From Octopus sinensis (taxonomy: Eukaryota), in the NCBI RefSeq assembly GCF_006345805.1, contig NC_043000.1:100192001-100256000 (forward strand): a stretch of 64,000 nucleotides of DNA, written 5' to 3'. The notes under the pieces were generated by a model. The model was not told the DNA's origin and ran no database searches. It worked only from the letters and a program-made list of their open reading frames with translations. Within the stretch, counting starts at the first letter, position 1; each line of letters begins with the position of its first letter. Positions 41,268 to 54,580 of this stretch are shown here, one piece after another. The position numbers were made by a program, and so were the translations under genes.

Positions 41268-41780
41268 CTAGCAGTATCGCCCGGCGTAGCTCGGGTTTGT
41301 AAGGGAAATAACTATATAAGCATTTTTAGAGAGTTACTTCCCTTATAGATGCCAATTCGGGCTTTCTTAGCCATTTCTGTTTTGGTGTCTTCAAGCCATG
41401 AAGTCGTTGTTCTAAAAGAACGCTGGTCTCCTTGACAACGCTTTACGACGTTGATTTCCTTACACTCCCTTCCCCACAGCTTCACGAGGGAGGGAAGAAG
41501 GGGGAGAAGCAAACAGGTGCAGGTGTGACCATGGACGCCAACTCCGCCGCCATCGACACACGAAAAATTATGCATTAAAATGGAATAAAAAATGATGTTA
41601 AATTATTTTTTAAATCGTAGACTCATCGTAGACGCGCGCTAATAGCCAGACGGGCTCGATATTAATCACGACTATAAGATACCCGAATTTGGTTAAACTG
41701 CACCGCAAAATGTGGGAGTAGTTAGGAATCTAAATCGAAGGGGACAGACACTCACACAACTACAGTTTTATATATATAGA
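41268..41780 (-). mobile_element. Complete non-autonomous Helitron (513 bp)
   Basis: Minus strand: A|TC start (tctatatatataaaac), 3' hairpin cccg-agctacgc-cggg, 8-nt spacer, CTAG|T end; A/T insertion site without a TSD. Confidence 0.85.
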
Positions 41781-42733
41781 TAATTTCTTACATTTGTAAA
41801 AAAGGCTTTTTAATGAGCACTGTTATTTATAATCTCCTCTCTGATAAGATCGATACATTATTCCACATTATTTTTTCTCCCGGATTAATTTTAATGTATT
41901 CATCGAAACATATGTCGGTGATATAAATGATTAAAATAACATCTTGTGTGTTTGTCTCCATTTACCATTTGTCTTATAGTCACCAAAACACGTCTCACTT
42001 CTTCTTGGAATTATTACCCTTATACGTGTGGTTGCTAATATTTAAAAATGCGTATGTGACATTTGGCTACCCTGGTAACTATTTCTCCGGATCTTTCATT
42101 AAAAATTATATATATATATATATATATATTGATATATCTTGGCTGGTTTTTCAGTTCATGATATCTATATATACATATGTATATTGTACACTTATATGCA
42201 TGCATGTTTTTATGTATGTATCTATGTGTCCGTGAATGTCCATATCCATATATGTATTTAAGTAACTATGTATATCACAAGCTAGTTGTCATATTCCCTT
42301 TCAATGAAAGCAAAACTTCACATTGTAAACCTCACCTAGTAAAAACACTTACACGCGGACGTACGCATGCTCAGACACATTTACATATACACATACATTA
42401 CATATATAGAGAGAGGGGGGAGGCCAAAGAGAGAGGGGGAGAGAGAGAGTTATTAAGTCACTATAAATGGGGGTTGACTATGTCTAAGTTTTGCCACGCA
42501 AACTTAATAAAAATGGAAAAGTTTCAGAAAATATTTCGAGCGAGGAGAAATTTCTTTATGCTAGATGAGTTGAAAACTTTGGACCTAATTAGAGTCATAC
42601 AAACATACATACATACATACATACATACATACATACATACATACATACATACATACATACATACATACATACATACATACATACATACATACATACATAC
42701 GAACGTACGTACGTATGTACATATATGAATGCA

Positions 42734-42765
<32 letters not shown>

Positions 42766-42827
42766 CATACATACATACATACATACATACATACATGCAT
42801 ACCTGCATACATACATACATACATACA

Positions 42828-42861
<34 letters not shown>

Positions 42862-43482
42862 CATACATACAGACAGACAAACTGATTGACAGGTACGTAG
42901 GTGAGTCTACAGATATACCAATAGATACGCAGATAGAGATACATCAATAGATTTACCAACAAATTTGTAACTGAACTGAAATGAAATGAAAAGAAAGGAA
43001 AATAATCTCAATTGGACCGAGTTTTGGTGTTAGTTGGACCGCAAAGCGTATAGTTTGATTATATGTATATGAATCAGTTTTATCATTTTAATTCATATTT
43101 TATTTCCTTAAGCTATAAAGTACATCGTATCTGTGAAACATATCAAAAGAAGGTAAAATAAGCAATATCTTTTAAGTTCATTTCGGTTATATCTAAAAGT
43201 ACAGTTTTGATAAAATGGTGGTATTTCAAAAGAATTTTTTGAATATCTTCGCTTGTTTTTAAAGTATTAATGTTTTCAAATATACCGATTCGCACTGTGC
43301 AATTTTCACTAGTCTCGCTAGTAGTAGGTAATTTGCAGAGAAATGTGGTTTAATTATTAGATATTATGTATATATGACCCGTACTTATACTTGACACTTA
43401 AAGGTCATTAAAGATCATTTAAACTTAATCCTCATTTAAATTTGAAAGAAGTGGGAAGTCATGGTGGAAGGGGTATGCCAAA

Positions 43483-43541
<59 letters not shown>

Positions 43542-44042
43542 GTGTGTGTGTGTGTGTGTGTGTGCTGTTTACTATATAGATATGTGTATATGTAGTGCGT
43601 AAAGGGTTTTTTTTTAATTATTAGTATGGCGATTTGGCTGTGTACGTATTAGTAGTAGAAATTCGAAAATTTTATAGTAAAAAATAGTAGGAACGTCTAA
43701 AATAAAATATCAAACAAAACAGAATGAATCTAAGGTTGAAATGTTAAAACCGGAATCCCTGTATAAGTACTCTAAAAAAAAACAAGAATTGAAATTAAAC
43801 AAAAATAAAGTTAAATATAATTCCATGTACATGACCGAATATACATACATGCTGGCATATGCATTACTCCCCTGGTCATTTACAGATTTTATATTTACGC
43901 GTGCGCACATACACACACATAGACACACATACACATACACACGCATACACACACACCTGCACATGCACACACATACACCCCATCTCTTCTACTATGTTGT
44001 CTCCTCGACAATCTTACGTACAGCAGCACACTCACACTCATA

Positions 44043-45204
44043 CGAGATGGTATCAAAAAGTTCCCGGACTAGTTCTGTAGCACACCAACTGTTGGCAGCA
44101 CGCGGTCGCGTGCGCCATGTGACCTAGTAGTGACCTTCATAAGACAATGTGTCGAGTGACATCACTGTGTATGCTGCAGTCTGCGTTCTTGTTATGGACA
44201 AAAATCCAACAACAACATTTTGCGTTAAACTTGGGAAGTCTACTACAGAGACGTTGAGCATGCTTCAGCAAGCTTACAGCGACGAGGCAATGGGTCGTAC
44301 GCAATCTTTCGTGGCACGGGCGCTTCAAAAGCGGAAGAACGTCTCTGAAAGACGGTGAGCAATCTCGAAGACCCGTCACAAGAGTCACTCCCGGAAATGT
44401 GGAAGAAATTCATCAGATTTTGCATGAGGATCGTGGGAGGACAATCAGCGACATTGCTGATGTTGTTTCTGTCATATGGGTCCGTGCAGGCAAACCTAAC
44501 GTCTGAATTGAACATGTGGCGTGTTAAATTTGTCCCCCGCTTGCTGAGCAGAAACAGCATCACGTCGAAGTCTGTCAAGATCTCTGTCAGTGTGCCGCTG
44601 ATGACCCATCCTTCATGTTGGGGATCATCACCGGTGTCAAGAATTGGGTCTACGAGTACGACCCTGAGACAGAACACCAGTCGTCACAATGGAAGAGCCC
44701 TTAATCTCCACGACCGAAGAAGGCACGCCAGAACCGCAGCACAATCAAGAGCATGTTCATAGTTTGTTTTTACATCCGCGGTATTATGCATCGACAATTC
44801 GTCCCTCCAGGGCCAGACGATCAATCGAGAGTTCTACTGTGACGTTTTGAAGCGTTTGAGGGAGGGCATTCGGCGAAAACAACCGGATCTGTGAAGAGCG
44901 AAGAATTAGATTCTTCACAACGATTATGCACCCTGTCACCGAGCTCTCCTCACTCGTGAGTTTCTCGCCAAAAACAACATGGTGTTCGCCCTATTCCCCA
45001 AGATCAAAATACAGCTCAAAGGTCGCTGTTTTAACACCGTTGCCGATATCCAGAGCGAATCACAGAAGACCCTCGACTCACTTATGGAAAACGACTTCCA
45101 GGCCGGATTTCAAAAGTGGCAGGAACGTTGGGACCAGTGTATTGCTGCGCACGGTGACTATTTGGAAGATGGCTAGTCCGGGAACCTTTTGATACCCACA
45201 CACA
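44043..45204 (+). mobile_element. Near full-length mariner (DD34D-type) with a disabled transposase
   Basis: TIR ggtatcaaaa(a/g)gttcccggactag at both ends with flanking TA. Motifs FCVKLGKSTTET, EFYCDVLKRLR, LHNDYAPCH and FQKWQERWDQCIAAHGDYLE. Confidence 0.9.
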
Positions 45205-46467
45205 TACCGTGCTGACATACGCATGCTCATATAAATCTATCTTCTGCACACATACTCACGCATACATATTGCCATTCCTCGAGCGTCTTGTCTCCCTGAC
45301 ACATACACACATATTCATTTGCTCTCTCAAAGTCTATTGCTTTCTTTTTCCCTTTATTTTTTTCATCCACATACATACATTCACGCACGCGCACACATCC
45401 ACTCTTCTTTTGGCATATTCTTCTAATCCTTTCACTGCCCTTTCTAATCACTTATCTGTTAAAGAGGTTTCCTGTCTCTCTACCAATTTTTCTCGTCCAC
45501 GTGTTGTACCAAATCTTTCAAGTCACGTACTCGAACTAAACTATCATCGGCTGAATTTTCCAAAGTTTTGTTTCTTTGCGAGTGTTACCACTTTTACCAA
45601 CTTTGGATTCTCATGGCATTCTCATTTTCTTCCCGTCCATTATTAACGCCTTAAATTCTGTCACGTATTTATACATCTATCACTTGCCCTTCTATGTGCA
45701 ATTAATTTTCGTTTCTAAGCTGCTCACTGTACTATCAGTATTTCTGTCTTCCCGACTTTAGACTAGATGGGTACCTCTCCGGATTTTTCACTAGTGTTGC
45801 ATTTTTATTTACATATTTATTTAGTTGTTTATTTATTACCTTTTATCCGTATTTTATTATTTTTAATTTTCCTTCAATTTTTCTTTTAAATTTCTCTCAC
45901 TTCTCTCCCTGAATTCGCTTGTTCCTTTTTCATTCTTTCCCTTCTTTCTTCTTATTTTTCTCTTTCGTATTTATATGCTTTGGGTTCACCACTGTCACAT
46001 TCGTCTTGCCCTTTCATATGCCTCACTAATATTTTTCCCCTCTCAGAACTATATTTTTTTGTTTGACCAGTAATGCTTTGAACCCTTTTTCTCCTTTCCA
46101 TAACTTTCTTCCACATCATAGTAACTCACTTCCATACCCTTGCTCTTCTACTCCACCACATTTCACTCGCCTTCCTTTTTATTTCACACCCGCTCCCGCT
46201 CCTAAACTCTTATTTCCATGTTTTTCGTACGTATACTTAACGATTACTCTCACATACACCAATACACCATATCCCCACTAACCTACGTCACTATACTTCC
46301 GTACATACACACATACATATTCACATAAACAAAACCACATGCACAGCTCCCCACCACACACACATCGTTTTTATACTTTGCAGAATTGTGTTGAAACAGA
46401 AATTGCTGTATATTGGGTAGGTAATTTTTTCCTAATAGAAACATATACACTTTTATACTTCGTACTT

Positions 46468-46492
46468 TCTTCTTCTTCTTCTTCTTCTTCTA

Positions 46493-46561
<69 letters not shown>

Positions 46562-46601
46562 ACTACTACTACTACTACTACTACTATTATTATTATTAGT
46601 T

Positions 46602-46634
<33 letters not shown>

Positions 46635-47100
46635 ATGGTGGTGGTGGTGGTGGTGGTGGTGGTGATGGTCATGGTGATGGTAGTGGTGGTAGTGAGGGGT
46701 GATGGTGATGGTGACGGTGGTGGTAATGGTAATAGTGGTGCTGATGGTTGTGTGGTGGTGTTGTTGTCAGTGACGATGATGGTGATGATGATGATGATGA
46801 TGATGATGCAGGTGTTGATATTGTTGTTGGCGGTGATAGTGGTGATGGTGATGTTGTTGGTGATGGAGTTGATGTTCGTGACGTTGTTGTTGGTGATTGT
46901 GGTGGTTGTGATGATAATAGTGATGGTGGTGGCATTGCTGATGATGATGATGATGATTTTGCTGATGTTGGTGGTGGTTGCCGTTGGTGTTGTTTTTACT
47001 GGTATTGTGATTGCTGGTGGCGGTGGAATGATGGTGGTACTATTGTTGTTAGTGTTGTTGTTGTATGTGGTGCTATTGGTGGTGCTGCTGTTGTTGTCAG
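46468..47100. repeat. Compound trinucleotide microsatellite (TTC/CTA/CTG/GTA/GGT/GAT/GTT)
   Basis: Seen directly; source of the poly-V/T/S ORFs. Confidence 0.9.
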
Positions 47101-47329
47101 CAAACCTTATTATCAGTAGCATTCTATCCATGATCATTCCGTCTTTCACTCTGTGTTAATGTATTTAAAACTAGATTATCCAATTTGTCATTCCTTTCTA
47201 TTAAGATGGTTGGATGTGATTAAGAGAAAGTGAAAGAAAAATACCCAGAAAATGATTTATTCATTAATTTTGGCAAAAAGTGAATCGATAATCACCTGAT
47301 GAACATAATGATCACAATAATCCTCTAAT

Positions 47330-47760
47330 AATAATTAATAATCACACTGTCAAAGTGGTGTATGAGTTCTGATGTCATGGAGGTATTATTACAAATCAAT
47401 GTGATGGTGGCAAAGAGATAAAAAGAGGAATTGCCATAACAAAATCTGCTGTAATCTTTTTAAACCGCATTTGGAAAAGAAAACAAAATCTAAAGACGAA
47501 GTTGATGTAGCTGTACACTTTGATATTTCGGATTGTAATGCTTGGATCTGAAAGCTGATGGGAGAAGATAGATAGCTTCTATGTTTGATGTTATAGAAAA
47601 AATGCTAAGGATTAGCTGAATTGAAAACAAAGAACAAATTTGTGTGTGTTGAAAAACAGTGAGATTGAGTTGAATTCTGTAAAAGAAATGAACAATAAAA
47701 CCTTATGTATTTTGAATTTGTCGTAAGAACTCATAGTCGACAAAAATTATTGGTCAGAGG
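47330..47760 (+). mobile_element. Decayed RTE-clade LINE post-RT region
   Basis: DGGKEIKRGIAITKSA...IWKR...CYRKMLRIS. Confidence 0.6.
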
Positions 47761-47823
47761 AAAAGTCCCTGGGAAAATGCCGTAAGAAAGCACTAGAGAA
47801 AAAAACAGAGTGTATAGATCAGA

Positions 47824-48055
47824 AAGGCGGCGAGCTGGCAGAAACGTTTACACGCCGGGCGACCTGCGTAGCCGTATTTCGTCTGTCGTTACGTACCGAG
47901 TTCAAATTCTGCCGAGGTCGACTTTGCCTTTCATCCTTTCGGGGTCGATAAATTAAGTACCAGTTACGCACTGGGGTCGATGTAATCGACTTAATCCCTT
48001 TGTCTGTCCTTGTTTGTCCTCTCTGTGTTTAGCCCCTTGTGGGTAGTAAAGAAAT
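47824..48055 (+). mobile_element. Full tRNA-derived SINE (aaggcggcgagctggcagaa family)
   Basis: A box tggcagaaacgtt, B box gagttcaaattc, tail gtagtaaagaaata. Confidence 0.9.
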
Positions 48056-48980
48056 ATATATAGATCAGTCACGGGCAAACTGTGGCTCGTAGAGCTTTCT
48101 GAGTGGCACACCTAACAAAAAATTATCTTCAACTTTTTATAGTAATCTGAGGATTTTTATAGTAATATAGTAATATAGTACTATAGTAAGATAGTAATAT
48201 AGGATTTTTATAGTAATCTGAGGATTAGCTGTCTCATGCGGCCCTCTTTTCGATAAAGGCTGCCCGTGTCTGATATACATGAATAGAGAAAAATCGTCAG
48301 ACGAACCACCCTCACATTCAAAGAGATGGAAATTGTAGATGATGATGACGATGCTAATTCTGGCTGGTTAGCTCTGTTAAAAATTTCTGTGTAGCTAGGA
48401 AAAAGACAACAGTATATATGTGTATGTATGAATATGTTCACATACGCATTATATATGTATAATAGTAGTTTGACTCAGTTCCATGTGACTTAAAGTTTGG
48501 TAGGTGCGAAGGACATGTCCTCCTTAATAGCTATCTGATGGAATAAACGTGTTCTACGCGCCCACGAAACTTTAAAGTTATTTGAAGATGAGTCAAACAG
48601 TTGTTAAAGATATATATGTATCTCCTACCAAATGTGTTGAATGCCAAAAAAACAAACAAACAAAAGAAAGCAGCATGCTACACATTTCATGAAACATACA
48701 TACATACATACATACATACATACATACATACATACATACATACATACACAAGTACGATTCAACACTGCATATCTAAGTATGCCGGGTAGCCGACGGCGAA
48801 ATGGAGACATTGTATAACTGAGGCGATGCATCGAGCTTGGTCGCTCTACAGCCTGTCCGCCCGCCACAGGATTGTTTGACATGAGCTGAACTTAGAATAT
48901 ATATATCATTATCATCATCATTATCATTGTCATCATAATCATCATCACCATCATCATCATCATCATCATCATCGTCGTCG

Positions 48981-49026
<46 letters not shown>

Positions 49027-49103
49027 TATCACCACCACCACCACCACCACCACCACCATCAACAACAGCAACAACAATATTAACTCATGCAATGCATTAA
49101 CAT

Positions 49104-49337
49104 GTGGAGGCGCGTGGCTTAGTGGTTAGGGTGTCAGCATCATGATCGTAAGATTGTGGTTTCGATTCCTGGACCGGGCGACGCGTTGTGTTCTTGAGCA
49201 AAACACTTCATTTCACGTTGCTCCAGTCCACTCAGCTGGCAAAAATGGGTAGCGCTGCGATGGACTGGCGTCCCGTCCAGCTGGGAAACCGGGCCCATGG
49301 GCTTGGCTAGGCTTTAAAAGGGCGCATTTATTTTTTT
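49104..49337 (+). mobile_element. tRNA-head SINE (CORE/Meta-like) with a 13-bp TSD aatgcattaacat
   Basis: TSD at 49091-49103 and 49338-49350; A and B boxes present. Confidence 0.9.
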
Positions 49338-50023
49338 AATGCATTAACATAACCGTTGGCAGCAACAGTAGTATACAAAATAATACATAAAACAGAATAA
49401 TATGAGCAAAACGCTACTATCGTCACTATCACCCCTTCCACCACCACGGCCGCCGCCGTCGCCATCATCACTTCCACCACCGCCACCACCACCAATAATG
49501 ATCATTTCTATTCTAGACACAAGGCTCGAAATTTTGGGGGTGGAGAGCAGACGATTAGATCGACCTCAGTACGCAACTGGTACTTAATTTATCGATTTCC
49601 GAAAGGTTGAAAGGCAAAGTCGACCTCGGCGGAATTTAAATTCAACCACCACCAATGATAATAAACATCACCATTACAAGCTCTGTGAATTCGTTCGACT
49701 TGCTAGAAATAGCAAACAAATCTCACTCAAATCGAACCCTACTGTCTAAAGAGGAGACAGTAAGGCCGGACCAATGCTACTTTCACTATCAGCATAGCCA
49801 CCACCACCACCTCACAGTCACAGCTACAATCACCCCCCCACCCCCACCACCGCCGCCGCCGCCGCCGCCACAGTACCACTATAATCACTGCCACAATCAC
49901 TATAACCACTACCACAACCACAACCACAACCATTAGCAGTGCCGACACCACCACCATCATTGCTATTAACAGCTGAAGATGTAGCTTTCATGAATAACAG
50001 CGACAACAGCAATGCTCTGAGAC

Positions 50024-50444
50024 ATACCTATTTCTTTACTACCCACAAGGGGCCAAACACAGAGAGGACAAACAAGGACAGACAAACTGTTTAATCGATT
50101 ATATCGACCCCAGTGTGTAACTGGTACTTATTTAATCGACCCCGAAAGGATGAAAGGCAAAGTCGACCTCGGCGGAATTTGAACTCAGAACGTAGCGGCA
50201 GACAAAATACCTATTTCTTTATTACCCACAATGGGCTAAACATAGAGGGGACAAACATGGACAGACATAGGTATTAAGTCGATTATATTGACCCCAGAGC
50301 TTAACTGGTACTTAATTTATCGACCCCGAAATGATGAAAGGCAAAGTCGACCTCGGTGGAATTTGAACTCAGAACGTAGTGGCAGACGAAATACTGCTAA
50401 GCATTTCGCCCGGCGTGCTAGCGATTCTGCCAGCTCGCCGCCTT
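50024..50444 (-). mobile_element. Head-to-tail SINE dimer (full unit plus a 5'-truncated unit)
   Basis: The second unit begins at the internal ggtattt near 50205-50211. Confidence 0.85.
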
Positions 50445-50618
50445 AGACTCATACCGACTGATCCAGTCGGTCAGCGAACATTAAAACGGAAGTCTTTTGT
50501 ATTAACATTTGCACACACGTGTAAATACATGTATGCTTGGAATCATGTAAGCATTCTCTGACTGGTGTTTACACTGTTGTATGAAAATTCAGTCGAATCA
50601 TGCAGACGGCTGCTACTA

Positions 50619-51530
50619 CGAGGTGGTATCAAAAAGTACCCGGACCAGTTTTGTAGCGCGCCAACAGATAGTAACTCACTGTTGCGTGCGTAGTGAGAGC
50701 TAGCAGTGACCTTCATGAAAGCGCTGTGATTACTTCGCGAGTTGCGAAATTTGTGTTTTTGGGATCACGTGCATGCTGTAGTCTGCGATTTTTTGTTTAT
50801 GGACAGGAAGTTGGAACAAAGAGCCAACGTAAAATTTTGCGTTAAACTTGGGAAGTCTGCTACAGAGACATTGGGCATGCTATGGCAAGTTTACAGCGAC
50901 GAGGCAATGGATCGTACGCAATTTCGAGTGGCACGGGCGCTTTAAAGGGCACGACAGAGCCGCAGCTCAATCAGGAGCATGCTCATCGTCTTTGTTGATG
51001 TCTGCGGTATTATGCACCGATAATTCGTTCCCCGGGGCCAGACCGTCAGTTGAGAGTTCGTTGCCCAGGACAAGACCGTCAGTTGAGAGTTCGTTCCCCA
51101 GGGCAAGACCGTCAGTTGAGAGTTCTGCAGCGACGTTTTGATTTGAGGGAAGACATTCGACGAAAGCAATCGGATCTGTGGAGTGCGAAGAATTGCACCC
51201 TGTCACCGAGCTCTCCTCACTCGTGAGTTTCTCGCCAAATAGTACCGCTTCCGTACCCATCCTATTCACCAGATATAACATCTGCAAACTTCCGTCTATT
51301 CCTCAAGATGAAAATGCAGCTCAAATGTTGCCGTTTTAACACCGTTGTCGAGATCAAGATCGAATCGCAGAAGGTCCTCGACTCGCTTACGGAAAACGAC
51401 TTCTAGGCTGGATTCCAAAAGTGGCAGGAACGCTGGAACCAGTGTATTGCTGCGCAAAGTGACTATTCGGAAGGAAATGATGTTAAAACTTACGTGAATA
51501 ATTTATATTAAACATAATTAGTCTGGGTAC
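50619..51530 (+). mobile_element. Second, internally deleted copy of the same mariner family
   Basis: TA-cgaggtggtatcaaaaagtacccggac left TIR; RKLEQRANVKFCVKLGKSATET; right TIR truncated. Confidence 0.85.
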
Positions 51531-51569
51531 CAGAATGTCCACAAGAAATATTTCAGAAGACTGGATACT

Positions 51570-51960
51570 CTAGAAACATATTCTAGAAACATATTGACCG
51601 AGTCCAAGAAAACCTGTGCGATCAGCAAGTTGTTAGCTTAAAAATTTCAAAATTAAGCGTCCGTCGCGTTTTGAGGCACAGTCATTAGAAATGTTACATT
51701 CCAAGAACAGTCTTAGCTCTCAATGAAGATGACCCGAACTGAAAAGTAGAATTTTGTGAGCAGTTCTTGGAAAGATGTTTAGAAGATACACGCTTTCCAA
51801 CAAAGAGTGTTTGCAGTGATGAGGCTACGATGAAATTACATGGCTCAATTAACAACTTCCACAGTTGCATCTACTGCAGATCTGGAAATCAGCATATTAC
51901 GAAGGAACATCGTGTTAATTTCATCAGGAGTTATAGTATGGTGCAGCTTATCAAAAAGAT
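51570..51960 (+). mobile_element. IS630-Tc1-mariner transposase fragment (DUF4817/rosa-like)
   Basis: LNEDDPN*KVEFCEQFL...CSDEATMKLHGSINNFHSCIY. Confidence 0.65.
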
Positions 51961-52059
51961 TAATATGACGGTTATCTTCAAGTCTTCGGGAAACGTATCC
52001 ATTCATAGTTTTTTTTTTTTTGTATGGTGAGCATTTCACATTAAAAGTCTTTGAGGTAT

Positions 52060-52555
52060 GTTAGCTCAGCTGTTTTGGGGTTGTATGTAAGTTCATCAGA
52101 AAGAGAGTATTTCCTGAGGAGCTCACTGTCGACACGTAGTATGTTGTTCTCTACAATTTTCAGCACATGGTCTGTATATTTATTTTTGCTGCTTTTGTTT
52201 AGTAAGTACTGTCTGAGAGAGGCTATACGACATTCAAATGCTGTCTATACTAATCTCAAGCTTCTGCTTCCTTCAACTCTTCATAAGTAGAGCCTATTGA
52301 TGATACTGTTTCTGTGGAAATTTCAAGTTGATGTCAAGATTTTGCGTAATTTAATATCTAAGGAGTGAATTTCGTCTACAGACCAGTTAAGTGTCCTAAA
52401 TGTTGGGATCAGCACTGGTATTACAAATGCATTGTGGGATATTCTCTGTTGTAAGAGTAGAGTTCCGACTGCCATATTTTCCGAATTCCGGTGAGATATT
52501 CTCGAGTCACAGCACCTTCGTATAACGTTTTTATCAGCGCCAAGGTATTTTTATC
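52060..52555 (-). mobile_element. R4/Dong-like LINE post-RT fragment
   Basis: EYLTGIRKIWQSELYSYN; NAFVIPVL; LDIKLRKILT; RLYL..EGSRSL. Confidence 0.7.
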
Positions 52556-52592
52556 ATTCTTATGTATGTATGTATGTATGTATGTATGTATG

Positions 52593-52623
<31 letters not shown>

Positions 52624-52710
52624 GAATGAATGTATGTATGAATGCATGCATACATGTATGTATGTATTTATGTATGTATGTATTTATGCATATGTATATA
52701 TGTATGTATG

Positions 52711-52744
<34 letters not shown>

Positions 52745-53215
52745 TGTATGTATGTATGTATGTATGTACGGATGGATGGATGGATGGATGGATGGAATGG
52801 ATGGGGAAATAGATGGAAGAACGGATAAATGGATGGATCGGAATTAACTGATTTCAACGGTGAGTATTGAAATGTTTAACAAAGCAAGCTACCTAATCAT
52901 TGACTTAGATTGTAAGGAGATGAACAATCCACTGACAAGCAACCCATTCTCGTAAGTCTCATGAAAAAAAGTACGTGCCTTTGACCGTGACAAGGTTAGA
53001 CCTTTCATTTAGATGTAAAATCCATCTCTACGATCTCCAAGCCATTTCCGTTTTTTCGGTTTCAGTCAGAAGGGTTCGTTTGACCCAAGCCTGTAGTAAA
53101 AAGACACCCGGTTAAAATGTCACGCAATGAGACCGAACTCGGGACCTCGCGATTGCGAAGCGAACTTGTGAGCTTCTTATCAAATCAACCATGACGCTTC
53201 TTTTGTCTCTCTCTC

Positions 53216-53287
<72 letters not shown>

Positions 53288-53791
53288 ACACTTTCGTTTA
53301 TGCTTAAATGCACGCAAACACTCCCGTACATGCGTACACATATATAGACCCATACATATAAATACATTTTCAGACAAAGGGGAGAAAGTGAGTGACAGAG
53401 AGAAAGGAAGACCTCGATTAACCTAAAAATCTACACCATGCTGTATTTCCTGCTAATTCAAAAGATTCTTTGTTTTCTACGTAATTTATTTCCTAAAACA
53501 TTGGCATCAATATCAAAGAAGACGCCAGAAATCTTAACTAATAATTAAATCTAATATTAAAGTTTAAATTAGCTTAATGAATATGATTTTATTAAATTAT
53601 ATCCCACCAATGCCATGACCACCTCCATTGCCGCGACCAGCCACCTACTATCAACATTACAATAGACTGAAATACATGAATATAGATCGTAGTTAATTCA
53701 TAAATTTTCACCATATAAACTATGCAGTATACATATACATACATGTGTGTGTGTGTGTGTGCGTCCATGACTCTAAGATGTCGTTACATTT

Positions 53792-53827
<36 letters not shown>

Positions 53828-53924
53828 CGGGAAGCTTTATGAAAATAAACAAAAGACGAAGGCAGGTGGAAGACAAACGAACAATTGTATTAGTATGGCG
53901 CTCAGGAAATATAAATAAAACAAG

Positions 53925-53962
53925 TCTTTAACGTTTCGAGCCTACGCTCTTCAACAGAAAGA
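53925..53962 (-). ncRNA. Minimal type-I hammerhead-like motif (one core substitution) in a (TA)n-flanked repeat
   Basis: ucuuu-CUGUUGA-a-gagc(guag)gcuc-GAAAC-GU-U-aaaga: stems I and II pair, and stem III is the palindrome ACGU. Confidence 0.5.
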
Positions 53963-54401
53963 TACACAGAGAGAGAAAAACACAGAAAGAAGGAGAGAAA
54001 AAAAATGCGTGCAGTAGCTAACGAAGTCTGGGGAGATTAATTCTCTTCTAGTGTCTTATAATTTAACACACTCACCGATAAAATTTTCACTCATTTACTT
54101 ATTTAGAGGAAATTTTATCGGTGAGTGTGTCAAATAATAAGGCACTAAAAGAGAATGACTCTCCCCAGATACAACATAATATACTTTAATACACGCACTC
54201 ACATAATGAATCTTGCAAACTAAGATATATATATATGCATGTATGTATGTATGTATGTATGTATGTATTATGTATGTATGTATGTATGTATGTAAGTATG
54301 TATGTATGTATATATATATATTATATATATATATATGTATATATATGTGTATATATATACATATATACATACATACATACATACATATATATATATAATA
54401 T

Positions 54402-54446
<45 letters not shown>

Positions 54447-54544
54447 AATCCCAAAAAGAAGAACAAACTAAAAAAACAACAATAACGCGAGGTCGTGATA
54501 CAGGTAAAGTATTAGAAGAAAGCTAAGGGAAGGAAAGAAAGATG

Positions 54545-54580
54545 GCTTAACGTTTCGAGCAAACGCTCTTCTTCTGAAAC
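54545..54580 (-). ncRNA. Second minimal hammerhead-like motif (one core substitution)
   Basis: guuu-CAGAAGA-a-gagc(guuu)gcuc-GAAAC-GU-U-aagc. Confidence 0.4.

Noticed and set aside
49104-49180. tRNA genes at SINE heads
   Set aside because: No complete cloverleaf; the heads continue into SINE bodies, some with TSDs.
51024-51122. CRISPR-like 33-bp repeats
   Set aside because: There are no spacers, the context is eukaryotic, and the repeats are tandem duplications within a mariner.
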